DNA of 46,651 nt, taken from assembly GCA_947591055.1 (NCBI GenBank), contig CANQCW010000003.1, positions 1 through 46,651 of the forward strand, in the 5' to 3' direction. The translations under genes and the position numbers were made by a program. The number at the start of each line of letters is the position of its first letter. Within the stretch, counting starts at the first letter, position 1. The notes beneath the pieces are model-generated. The model had not been told where the DNA came from. It ran no database searches and worked only from the letters and a program-made list of their open reading frames with translations. This stretch comes from an uncultured Clostridia bacterium (GTDB lineage: Bacteria > Bacillota > Clostridia > TANB77 > CAG-508). Below, one piece after another: positions 1 to 8,732 of the stretch.

Positions 1-99
1 CTTTTATTTTATTGAATTAACCGCTATATTATGCTATATTTTAAGCATATTAAATTTTTATTAAGGTTTTACATTAAATAAATTATTTTCAAAAATGTT

Positions 100-987
100 T
101 TATTTATTTCTATTTTGTATATACAATGCTAGTTCTTTTAAAAATTCTGCTTTTTCTCCAAATTTATCTAAACTTTTAATTGCTTCTTGAGTTATTTTTT
201 CTAGCCTTTGTTTTGATTCTTGCAAGCCATATTTTGATACATACGTACATTTTTTACGTTTTTTATCATTTCCTACAGGTTTTCCTAGAATTTTCTCGTC
301 TCCTTCTTCTGACAATATATCATCTTTTATTTGAAATGCTAATCCAATTTTATCTGCATAATTTGATAATTCTTGAAGTTCTTCTTCACTTGATTGTCCT
401 AATATTGCTCCCATTCTAACACATAGCTTGAGTAGTGCTCCTGTTTTATTTATATGTATATAATCTAAGTATTCTGTTGATATTTCTTTTCCCTCATATT
501 CTGTATCTATATATTCTCCTGCTATCATCCTATCTACTGCAAGAGAAAATTCATTAAATATTTTTAACTTTTCTTTTAATTCTTCTTGTACACTTTTTTG
601 TAATTCTTCACTAATTACTATATAAGCAGAGTTTAATAGTCCATCTCCTGCTAAGATTGCTGTAGCTTCATTAAATTTTTTATGATTAGTTTGTCTTCCA
701 TGTCTAAAATCGTCATTATCTATTCCTGGTAAGTCATCATGTATAAGAGAAAAATTATGTACCATTTCAATTGCTACTGCATAAGGCATACATTTTTCTA
801 TATCATTTTTAAATAGTTGATATGTTGCTATTACAAGTATTGGTCTTAATCTTTTTCCTCCTCCCATCAAACTATATTCCATAGATTTATTTAATGTTTC
901 TTCTATACATTTATCTTTTCTTACATATTTGTCTAATTCCTTTTCTACTATTTCTTGATACTTTTTTAACTCTGCTTTAAAATCCAT
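100..987 (-). CDS. ispA: Farnesyl/geranylgeranyl diphosphate synthase (polyprenyl synthetase)
   Basis: 295-aa ORF with both Asp-rich polyprenyl synthase motifs (LIHDDLPGIDNDDFRHG and FQIKDDILS). SD tggagga lies 6 nt upstream of the ATG. Confidence 0.9.
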   Translation of the reverse strand: MDFKAELKKYQEIVEKELDKYVRKDKCIEETLNKSMEYSLMGGGKRLRPILVIATYQLFKNDIEKCMPYAVAIEMVHNFSLIHDDLPGIDNDDFRHGRQTNHKKFNEATAILAGDGLLNSAYIVISEELQKSVQEELKEKLKIFNEFSLAVDRMIAGEYIDTEYEGKEISTEYLDYIHINKTGALLKLCVRMGAILGQSSEEELQELSNYADKIGLAFQIKDDILSEEGDEKILGKPVGNDKKRKKCTYVSKYGLQESKQRLEKITQEAIKSLDKFGEKAEFLKELALYIQNRNK

Positions 988-1025
988 TTAATTCCTCCAT
1001 TTAACTTTTTGTTTATACTATCATA

Positions 1026-1057
1026 AAAGAAAGTGATTAGCAACCACTTTCTTTTAT
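1026..1057 (-). terminator. Intrinsic terminator after the ABC exporter pair
   Basis: Inverted repeat aaagaaagtg / cactttcttt (1026-1035 / 1045-1054) with a T-rich tail on the minus strand, directly downstream of the stop at 1066. Confidence 0.55.
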
Positions 1058-1065
1058 GCTTATAA

Positions 1066-2952
1066 TTATTCTAATTCAAATGCACCAGTATATAATTTAT
1101 AATATGTTCCTTTTTGTGCTATTAATTCGTTATGGTCTCCTCTTTCAATAATCTTTCCATGGTCTAAAACAATAATTGCTTTTGAATTTCTTACAGTTGA
1201 CAATCTATGTGCTATTACAAATACTGTTCTTCCATCCATTAATTTATCCATACCATCTTGAACAATTTTTTCTGTTCTAGTGTCTATACTTGATGTTGCT
1301 TCATCTAATATCATAACTGGTGGATCATTTATTGCTGCTCTTGCAATTGCTAATAATTGTCTTTGACCTTGTGATAATACCCATCCATCTCCTGATATAA
1401 ATGTATCATATCCATCTGGAAGTCTTGTTATAAAATCATGTGCATTTGCTAATTTTGCCGCTTCTATTACTTGTTCATCTGTCGCATCTTTTGCTCCATA
1501 TTTTATATTGTCCTTTATTGTTCCTGTAAATAAGTTTGTATCTTGAAGTACCATACCAAGAGAACGCCTTAAGTCATCTTTTTTGATTTTATTTATATTT
1601 ATTCCATCATATCTAATTTTACCATCTTCTATATCATAGAAACGATTTAATAGATTTGTTATTGTTGTTTTTCCTGCTCCTGTTGCTCCAACAAATGCTA
1701 TTTTTTGGCCTGGTTTTGCATACAAACTTATATCATGTAATACTAAGTTATTTTCTTCATATCCAAAGTCAACATCAAATAGTTCAATATGTCCTTTAAC
1801 TTCTACATATTCTAATCTTCCGTCATGATGAGGATGTTTCCAAGCCCAAAGCTCAGTTTTCTCATCTGTTTCTGTTAACACTCCATTTTCATATTTTGCA
1901 TTTACTAGTGTTACATATCCATTATCTTCTTCTGGCTTTTCATCCATTAGCTCAAATATTCTTTTTGCTCCTGCAAGTGCCATTATAACTGAGTTTAATT
2001 GTTGTGAAATCTGTCCTATTGGTCTTGTAAATGTTTTACTTAATTGTAAAAATGCAATTATTAATCCTGTTGTTATATTTCCTATACCATTTACTGCTAA
2101 TATTCCTCCAACTATTGCAACTAATGCATATTGGATATTTCCTAAGGCAACTAATGTTGGCATTAAAATATTTGCAAACTTATGAGCATTATTCATTGCA
2201 TCAAATAATTCATCATTTATTTTGTCAAAATCTTCTTTTGATTTTTCTTCGTGGCAAAATACTTTTACAACTTTTTGTCCATTTATCATTTCCTCAATAT
2301 AGCCATTTACTTTTCCAATTTGCTTTTGTTGTCTCATAAAATATTTACCACTTCTTCCAGCAATCTTTTTAGAAATCGTAAGCATAAATATTAATGATAT
2401 TATTACAACTACTGTTAAATACACATTAGTAACAATCATTGCTATAAATACACCTATTACAGTAATTACAGAAGATATTAATTGTGGCATACTTTGTGCT
2501 ATCATTTGTTCTAAAGTGTCTGTGTCATTAGTATAATGACTCATTATATCGCCATGTGTATGTGTATCGAAATATTTAATTGGCAGTCTTTGCATTTTGC
2601 TAAACATTTCATCTCTAATTTTCTTTAATGTTCCTTGAGATATACTTACCATTACTCTTGTATAAATAAAAATTGTAACTACCCCTATTAAATAAAATGT
2701 TGCCATTATTCCTACTGCTTTTATTAGTTCTGTATAAACTGGATTTTCTACTCCAATTAATGGAGTTATATACTTATCAACTAAAGTTTGCAAAAATAAT
2801 GATGATGCAATGTTTGCTGCTGTATTAACAATTATACAGATTATAACCAAAATTAGCTGTGGTTTATAATCTTTTTTCATATAGCTAAATATTCTTTTTA
2901 TTGTATTAAAATCTAATTTTTTAATTGGAGGCTTTTCATTACTCATTTTCAT
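1066..2952 (-). CDS. ABC exporter, fused permease/ATPase half-transporter (BmrD/YheH-like)
   Basis: 628 aa with an N-terminal multi-TM exporter domain, Walker A GATGAGKTT, signature LSQGQRQ and Walker B MILDEATS. Overlaps the upstream partner by 14 nt. Confidence 0.9.
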   Translation of the reverse strand: MKMSNEKPPIKKLDFNTIKRIFSYMKKDYKPQLILVIICIIVNTAANIASSLFLQTLVDKYITPLIGVENPVYTELIKAVGIMATFYLIGVVTIFIYTRVMVSISQGTLKKIRDEMFSKMQRLPIKYFDTHTHGDIMSHYTNDTDTLEQMIAQSMPQLISSVITVIGVFIAMIVTNVYLTVVVIISLIFMLTISKKIAGRSGKYFMRQQKQIGKVNGYIEEMINGQKVVKVFCHEEKSKEDFDKINDELFDAMNNAHKFANILMPTLVALGNIQYALVAIVGGILAVNGIGNITTGLIIAFLQLSKTFTRPIGQISQQLNSVIMALAGAKRIFELMDEKPEEDNGYVTLVNAKYENGVLTETDEKTELWAWKHPHHDGRLEYVEVKGHIELFDVDFGYEENNLVLHDISLYAKPGQKIAFVGATGAGKTTITNLLNRFYDIEDGKIRYDGININKIKKDDLRRSLGMVLQDTNLFTGTIKDNIKYGAKDATDEQVIEAAKLANAHDFITRLPDGYDTFISGDGWVLSQGQRQLLAIARAAINDPPVMILDEATSSIDTRTEKIVQDGMDKLMDGRTVFVIAHRLSTVRNSKAIIVLDHGKIIERGDHNELIAQKGTYYKLYTGAFELE

Positions 2953-4672
2953 TTCCTCCTTTCACTTGTGATGTATAAACATCTTTGTAAATTTCATTTG
3001 TCTTTAAAAGTTCTTCATGTTTTCCAATTCCATTTATTTTTCCATTATCTAAAACAATTATTTTGTCTGCATCTTCAACAGATGAAATTCTTTGTGCAAT
3101 AATTATTTTTGTTGTATTTGGTATTTCTTCTCTAAAAGCTTTTCTAATTAAGCTATCTGTTTTCGTATCTACTGCACTTGTTGAATCATCAAGAATTAAT
3201 ATCTTAGGACTTTTTAGTATTGCTCTTGCTATACATAGTCTTTGTTTCTGTCCTCCAGATACATTAGTTCCACCTTGTTCAATATATGTATCATATCCAT
3301 CTGGGAAGTTTCTTATGAATTCATCAGCTTGAGCTAATTTGCAAGCATTAATCATTTCTTCATCAGTTGCATCTGCTTTTCCCCAACGTAAATTTTCTTT
3401 TATTGTTCCAGAAAATAATACATTTTTTTGAAGTACCATTGCTACTTGATTTCTTAAAGCTTTTAAATCATAATCTCTAACATCTACTCCACCAACTTTT
3501 ACTTTCCCCTCTGTTACATCATATAACCTTGGTATTAATTGAACCAATGAAGTTTTTGAGCTTCCTGTTCCTCCAATAATTCCAACTGTTTCACCCGATT
3601 TTATATCTATATTTACATCTTTTAAACAAGTTTTGTTTTTATCTTCAACATAGCTAAAACTTACATTTTCAAAAGTTATATCTCCATTTTTAACTTCTTC
3701 TATTGGATTTTCTTTATTTTTTAAATTGCTTTCTTCTTTTAAAAGTTCTACTATTCTTTCTGCTGATGCTCTTGAAATCATTATCATAACTAGCACCATA
3801 GAAAACATCATAAGAGACATTAATATTTGCATTGTATAAGATATTAAACTCGTTAATTCACCTGTTGTTAAATTATTATTTATAATTAATATTCCACCTA
3901 TTAATGATATGAGTATAATTACAACATCAACTGAAAATTGCATTAATGGGCTATTTAATGATACTATTTTTTCTGCCTTTGAGAAATTATCATATATTTT
4001 TTTAGATATTCTATTAAATTTTTTAATTTCATCATTTTCTGTTACATAAGATTTTACAACTCTTATTCCTCTAACATTTTCTTCAACTGTGTTGTTAAGG
4101 TCATCATATGTTTTAAATGTTTTTTCAAAAATAGGATGTGCTTTTGTCGCAATTAAATAAAGACCTATTCCTAAAAATGGAACCATTACCAAGAAAATAA
4201 GTGCTAATCTTGGATTAATTGTAAGTACCATTATAAATGCAAAAAGCAATGTAAATGGTGCTTTAATTGCTGTTCTAATTATCATTTGAAAAGCCATTTG
4301 CACATTTGTTACATCTGTTGTATGTCTGGTTATTATACTTGCAGTGCTAAACTTATCTATATTTGAAAAAGAAAAATCTTGTACTTTATAAAACATACTT
4401 TTTCTTAAGTTTTTTGCAAAACCTGATGATGCTTTAGCACAAAATACTCCTGACAATATTCCAAAAATTAAAGATGCTATTGCACACACAATTAAAATGA
4501 TACCAATTCTATAAATCGCACTTAAATCATTTTTATTAATACCATCATCTATTAAATATGACATTAAAAATGGTATAATAATTTCCATAACTGATTCTAA
4601 TGCCACAAATATTGGCGATAGAATTACATATTTTTTGTATTCTTTTATTTGTTTAGCAAGTTCTTTTATCAT
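2939..4672 (-). CDS. ABC exporter, fused permease/ATPase half-transporter (BmrC/YheI-like)
   Basis: 577 aa with a TM domain, Walker A GGTGSSKTS, signature VSGGQKQR and Walker B LILDDSTS. Translationally coupled to the downstream partner. Confidence 0.9.
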   Translation of the reverse strand: MIKELAKQIKEYKKYVILSPIFVALESVMEIIIPFLMSYLIDDGINKNDLSAIYRIGIILIVCAIASLIFGILSGVFCAKASSGFAKNLRKSMFYKVQDFSFSNIDKFSTASIITRHTTDVTNVQMAFQMIIRTAIKAPFTLLFAFIMVLTINPRLALIFLVMVPFLGIGLYLIATKAHPIFEKTFKTYDDLNNTVEENVRGIRVVKSYVTENDEIKKFNRISKKIYDNFSKAEKIVSLNSPLMQFSVDVVIILISLIGGILIINNNLTTGELTSLISYTMQILMSLMMFSMVLVMIMISRASAERIVELLKEESNLKNKENPIEEVKNGDITFENVSFSYVEDKNKTCLKDVNIDIKSGETVGIIGGTGSSKTSLVQLIPRLYDVTEGKVKVGGVDVRDYDLKALRNQVAMVLQKNVLFSGTIKENLRWGKADATDEEMINACKLAQADEFIRNFPDGYDTYIEQGGTNVSGGQKQRLCIARAILKSPKILILDDSTSAVDTKTDSLIRKAFREEIPNTTKIIIAQRISSVEDADKIIVLDNGKINGIGKHEELLKTNEIYKDVYTSQVKGGNENE

Positions 4673-4799
4673 GACTTTTTCTTATAATCAATTATATAAA
4701 TTGATTAATCCCTCCTTATCTTTTCTGTCTGTTATATAATAATTCATTTTATTTATACCGCTAGTCTATTATTATAATATATTTTTATATAATAAGCAA
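4673..4799 (-). promoter_or_regulatory. Promoter plus about 100-nt structured leader of the ABC operon
   Basis: On the minus strand: TTGCTT, a 17-nt spacer, then TATAAT (4799-4771). A 19-codon uORF MNYYITDRKDKEGLINLYN follows (4747-4688). AAGGAGG (4717-4711) is separated from the ATG by a perfect 9-bp hairpin, taatcaatt / aattgatta (4685-4707). Confidence 0.4.
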
Positions 4800-4812
4800 T
4801 AAATATTTTTAA

Positions 4813-5646
4813 TTATTTTTTATTATATTCATCTAAAAAGCTATGAATTTTTCCACCTTTTTGATAAGAAATTATAGTATCAAGATTTACATTTTGTACA
4901 CTTCTAAAAATATTCATATCTATATTTGAATAAACTTTTTTTAATTCTTTTATAAGTTTTTTCATTTCTTCTCTTTTTGATTTTCCGTCTTTATTATCAC
5001 AATTTGTGTAATGTTCTGTGAATCTGCATGCACATTGGATAAATTGTAAATTATTTTTTTCTCTCCAACTTATTATATCTTCTTCTCTTACTAAATAAAG
5101 TGGTCTAATAAGCTCCATCCCTGGATGTGATGTACTTTTTACCTTTGGCATCATTGTTTGCATTTGTGCTCCATAAAACATCCCCATAAGTATTGTTTCA
5201 ATTACATCATTAAAATGATGTCCTAATGCTATTTTGTTACATCCAAGTTCTTTTGCTTTTTCATATAAATATCCTCTTCTCATCCTAGCACAAATATAGC
5301 AAGGACTGTCTGTAATATTTACTACTCTATTAAAAATGTCAGTTTCAAACATTGTAATTGGTATATTTAGTAGTTTAGCATTATCAATTATTTTTTGCTT
5401 GTTTTCTTCATTATATCCCGGATTCATGCATATAAAAAATAACTCAAAATTAAATTTATTATGCCTTTTAAGTTCTTGAAAACATTTTGCCATAAGCATT
5501 GAGTCTTTTCCACCTGACATACATACAGCAATTTTGTCTCCTTCTTGAATCATATCATATTCTTGAATTCCTTTAACAAAATTATGCCATATTTTCTTTC
5601 TATAATCTTTAATTATGCTTCTTTCTATTTCTTCGTACTTTTCCAC
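4813..5646 (-). CDS. ttcA: PP-loop ATPase, tRNA 2-thiocytidine synthase TtcA-like
   Basis: 277 aa with PP-loop motif CMSGGKDS and Cys clusters (SPCYICARM, CACRF). GTG start with SD aggaga 8 nt upstream. Confidence 0.75.
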   Translation of the reverse strand: MEKYEEIERSIIKDYRKKIWHNFVKGIQEYDMIQEGDKIAVCMSGGKDSMLMAKCFQELKRHNKFNFELFFICMNPGYNEENKQKIIDNAKLLNIPITMFETDIFNRVVNITDSPCYICARMRRGYLYEKAKELGCNKIALGHHFNDVIETILMGMFYGAQMQTMMPKVKSTSHPGMELIRPLYLVREEDIISWREKNNLQFIQCACRFTEHYTNCDNKDGKSKREEMKKLIKELKKVYSNIDMNIFRSVQNVNLDTIISYQKGGKIHSFLDEYNKK

Positions 5647-5811
5647 TAAATTTCTCCTACTAAAAATTTAAATAAAATTATATCATACTTTTAATCTCAT
5701 TGCTATAATTAGGAAATTATATTTTCATTTTTAAAAATATTTTAATAAACCATTTACTTTATCAAAAGTAAAATGGTTTATTTCTTTATTTATTTAGTTA
5801 TTTTATTTACA

Positions 5812-6411
5812 TTATTTTTTGCTATAAACTTTATTTATACCAAATCCTATTATAGCTGCAATTGATGCTGTAATAACTTGATTTATTCCCATAGATAAAT
5901 TTAATGCTGTAAGCATTGGATTAGGAATATTAAGTGCAAGAGCAAGTATTCTAAAACAAGTATATATTATAACTGCTTTTGCAACTATAGATGCTATTGA
6001 ACTTAAAATGTAATTTACTTTTTTGCATATAAATAATTTTCTATATAAGTAAACAAATATATAATTTCCTGCCCATATTGCTGGTATCATATAAACTGTG
6101 TAAATACTTGCTGATTTAAATATTAGTCCACTAGCAATAGCAGAAATGCTTGGTAATGTAATTAATCCTGCTATTTGTTTAAATCCTTTTACATTAATTG
6201 CTGTTGTGATTAATACTGTGTTTACTATCGCTCCAACTACATATTGTGAATTTGCTGCTATCCAACTTGTTTTTCCAAATAAAGCACTTAGCAATTGTGG
6301 TATTATCATTGGAACTAAAAAAATTAATATGCTTAATATTATCCATTGTATAATTTCAAATTTTTTTGTTAATGGACGTACTACTTCATTTAAACAATTT
6401 TCTTCTTCCAT
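5812..6411 (-). CDS. Polytopic membrane protein of unknown function (possibly a small-substrate transporter component)
   Basis: 199 aa with about 5-6 hydrophobic helices. No diagnostic motif recognised. Confidence 0.5.
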   Translation of the reverse strand: MEEENCLNEVVRPLTKKFEIIQWIILSILIFLVPMIIPQLLSALFGKTSWIAANSQYVVGAIVNTVLITTAINVKGFKQIAGLITLPSISAIASGLIFKSASIYTVYMIPAIWAGNYIFVYLYRKLFICKKVNYILSSIASIVAKAVIIYTCFRILALALNIPNPMLTALNLSMGINQVITASIAAIIGFGINKVYSKK

Positions 6412-6574
6412 AATTACATCTCACTTTTTTATAAATTTTTACCATAAGAAATATATCAAAGTAGAAATTAATTGTCAATGTATTTTTATTTTAAGTTTTT
6501 CTATTTTTATTTTTTATAAAATTATTAAATATTTTTGATATTTATTTTCTTATTTCTTTATTTTATAACAAAAT

Positions 6575-6606
6575 AACTTGTATCTTTAAATACAAGCTAT
6601 TTTTTA
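6575..6606. terminator. Bidirectional hairpin terminator
   Basis: Stem cttgtat / atacaag (6577-6583 / 6590-6596) flanked by T-runs on both strands. It lies downstream of the DUF4160-like ORF on the minus strand. Confidence 0.5.
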
Positions 6607-6628
6607 ATTATAAAAATCTTTTTTCGTA

Positions 6629-6901
6629 TTAACAATAAAACTTGATTTCCTCATCTGGAAAATGTTTTTTCCAGTTTGAAATTATATAAAAATAGTTATT
6701 AGCTATTGTTTCTAATAATTCACTTAATTCTTTATTTGGAATATCACTTTTGTTATTTGCTAAAATGCAACCGCCACTTTTTGTAAGCCATACTTTTGTT
6801 GAATTTTTAACAGGTTTCCCTTTGGATATATGAACATGGATAGGCTCATTAATTTCACTTGACCAAAAATATATTTTATATCCGTAATATTTCTAATACA
6901 T
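6629..6901 (-). pseudogene. DUF4160-like small protein with an in-frame TAG at codon 3
   Basis: ATG (6901-6899) overlaps the upstream stop as TAATG. It is followed by TAT, then TAG (6895-6893), then 87 sense codons: KYYGYKIYFWSSEINEPIHVHISKGKPVKNST...KFYC. The xYxIxFxSxExxEPxHVHxxKG pattern matches my memory of DUF4160. No ATG, GTG or TTG lies downstream in frame. Confidence 0.55.
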
Positions 6902-7176
6902 TAGGCAATTTGAATTCCCCCTTCTCTAGCCCATCTGTAAAATGAAGGTAATCCTCTTTCTACAACTGTTCGAAACAACTCTATTTCCTCATCTGTATAA
7001 TTACCATCTTTATATAATATTTTACAACTTGGGAGTTCAAATCTTACACTATCAAAGCCATTTTCAGTAGGTCTTTCAAAGTGTACATACATAATTTCTT
7101 CTTCATTTTCATTTTTAATAATATGTGAAAAAACAACTTCTGTTCCATCTACATATTTAACATAAGGATACATCAT
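6901..7176 (-). CDS. Small conserved hypothetical protein (paralog of 40646..40954)
   Basis: ATG at 7176 with SD taggagag 10 nt upstream (the ORF track starts 2 codons earlier at TTG). The core HFERPTENGFDSVRFELP...GNYTDEEIELF is shared with the second copy in this window. Confidence 0.6.
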   Translation of the reverse strand: MMYPYVKYVDGTEVVFSHIIKNENEEEIMYVHFERPTENGFDSVRFELPSCKILYKDGNYTDEEIELFRTVVERGLPSFYRWAREGGIQIA

Positions 7177-7281
7177 CTTCAATCAACTCTCCTATAAAAT
7201 TATATTTATTATTATATCATCTAAATTGAAAAAATACTACTATTTTTTTGAAAAATTATATTTTCATTTTTAATCTATTAA

Positions 7282-7998
7282 TTAAAATTTTTTATCTAAA
7301 ATATCTTTTATTACTTCTCCTGCTACTATTAATCCTGCTACTGATGGTACAAATGATATACTTCCCGGTACTTGCTTTTTTGTTTCATTTTCTAATTCAT
7401 TTATCTTTTCTGGTTTTATTGGCTCTTCTTTAGAATACACAACTTTAAGATTATCTATTCCTCTTGCTTTTAATTCTTTTCTCATTACTTTTGCTAAGGG
7501 GCATATACTTGTTTTATAAATATCTGTTACTTCAAATTTAGTTGGATCTAATTTATTTCCAGTTCCCATACTTGATATTATTGGTATATTTAATTTCTTT
7601 GCTCTTACTACTAATTCTATTTTTGCTGTTACCGTATCTACTGCATCTACTACATAGCTAACTGTATTATCTAAAATTTCTTTACTATCTGGCATAAAAA
7701 ATTCTTGATACATTTCTACTTTTGCATATGGATTTATATCTAATATTCTTTCTCTTGCAATTTCTACTTTTGGAATTCCTATTGTTTTATGTGTTGCAAT
7801 TATTTGTCTATTTATATTAGTTAAATCAACTGTATCTTTATCAACTAATATAAAATTTCCTATTCCAGCTCTTGCTAATCCTTCAACTACATACGAGCCT
7901 ACTCCTCCAATTCCAAATACGGCGACTTTTGATTTATTTAATTTTTCTATTCCTTCTTTTCCTATAAGTAATTCTGTTCTTGAAAACTGATTTAACAT
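7282..7998 (-). CDS. tcdA: tRNA threonylcarbamoyladenosine dehydratase (ThiF/MoeB-family E1-like)
   Basis: 238 aa with Rossmann motif VFGIGGVGS and ThiF-family layout (LVDKDTVDLTNINRQ). Confidence 0.8.
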   Translation of the reverse strand: MLNQFSRTELLIGKEGIEKLNKSKVAVFGIGGVGSYVVEGLARAGIGNFILVDKDTVDLTNINRQIIATHKTIGIPKVEIARERILDINPYAKVEMYQEFFMPDSKEILDNTVSYVVDAVDTVTAKIELVVRAKKLNIPIISSMGTGNKLDPTKFEVTDIYKTSICPLAKVMRKELKARGIDNLKVVYSKEEPIKPEKINELENETKKQVPGSISFVPSVAGLIVAGEVIKDILDKKF

Positions 7999-8088
7999 TA
8001 ATTTTGCCTTTCTTTATATATTATAAGACTACATATTAATGTAGTCTTAAATTTTTACTAAATTATTTTTTATAATTATAACTTTAAA

Positions 8089-8625
8089 TTATAATAATTC
8101 ATTTATATTTTTCATATAAATTATATTTTCTATCAAATCTAATATTGAATATATTAATACCATTATTCCTATTGTTAGAGTTAATGCTCCATTTTGTAAT
8201 ATCATATATATACCACCAATTAGCATTACAATTGATACTACTAATGAAATACTCCAAATATTTACTTTTGCATTATGTAGTTTCAATGATAAAGATAGTC
8301 TTAAAATTCCACTATATATTATCCAAACTCCTATTATAATTCTTAACATTGATTCTACAAGATGGCTACAACTTATAGCAATTATTCCTATAACAACTGC
8401 TATAATTCCATAAACTAAGTCATAATTATAAAAGTTGCTATTTCCTTTTGCCATATAATAATCTACTATTTTAATTATTCCTATAATAATAAATACTATT
8501 CCTAGTATAATTGATATTATTCTAGTTGCAGAGTCTGTTTTTGCTATCATAAATATTCCAATAAAAGCAAATATTATTGACATCAATACATTTGACCAAA
8601 CTGATTTTTTTAAGATATCTTTCAT
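8089..8625 (-). CDS. HdeD/DUF308-family membrane protein
   Basis: 178 aa with six regularly spaced hydrophobic helices and a repeated G-I-I-x-I-x-x-G pattern typical of DUF308. Confidence 0.6.
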   Translation of the reverse strand: MKDILKKSVWSNVLMSIIFAFIGIFMIAKTDSATRIISIILGIVFIIIGIIKIVDYYMAKGNSNFYNYDLVYGIIAVVIGIIAISCSHLVESMLRIIIGVWIIYSGILRLSLSLKLHNAKVNIWSISLVVSIVMLIGGIYMILQNGALTLTIGIMVLIYSILDLIENIIYMKNINELL

Positions 8626-8732
8626 AATTTTTTCCTCCTACTTTTTTATTATTTAGTTTATAATCTTTTATTCTAAAATTTTTATTATAATTTTACTATA
8701 ATATATTACAATATTCAAGAATTAATAAGGTA

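Noticed and set aside
6412-6570. Possible riboswitch (for example preQ1 or vitamin class) in front of the 199-aa membrane protein
   Set aside because: The region is almost pure A/T. I could find no conserved riboswitch core or stable stems by eye.
6893-6895. In-frame TAG as evidence of an alternative genetic code or pyrrolysine
   Set aside because: This is a single occurrence. Every other gene in the window terminates and reads normally under the standard bacterial code, including genes ending in TAG-free contexts. No pyl genes are visible here. A point mutation or sequencing error is far more likely.
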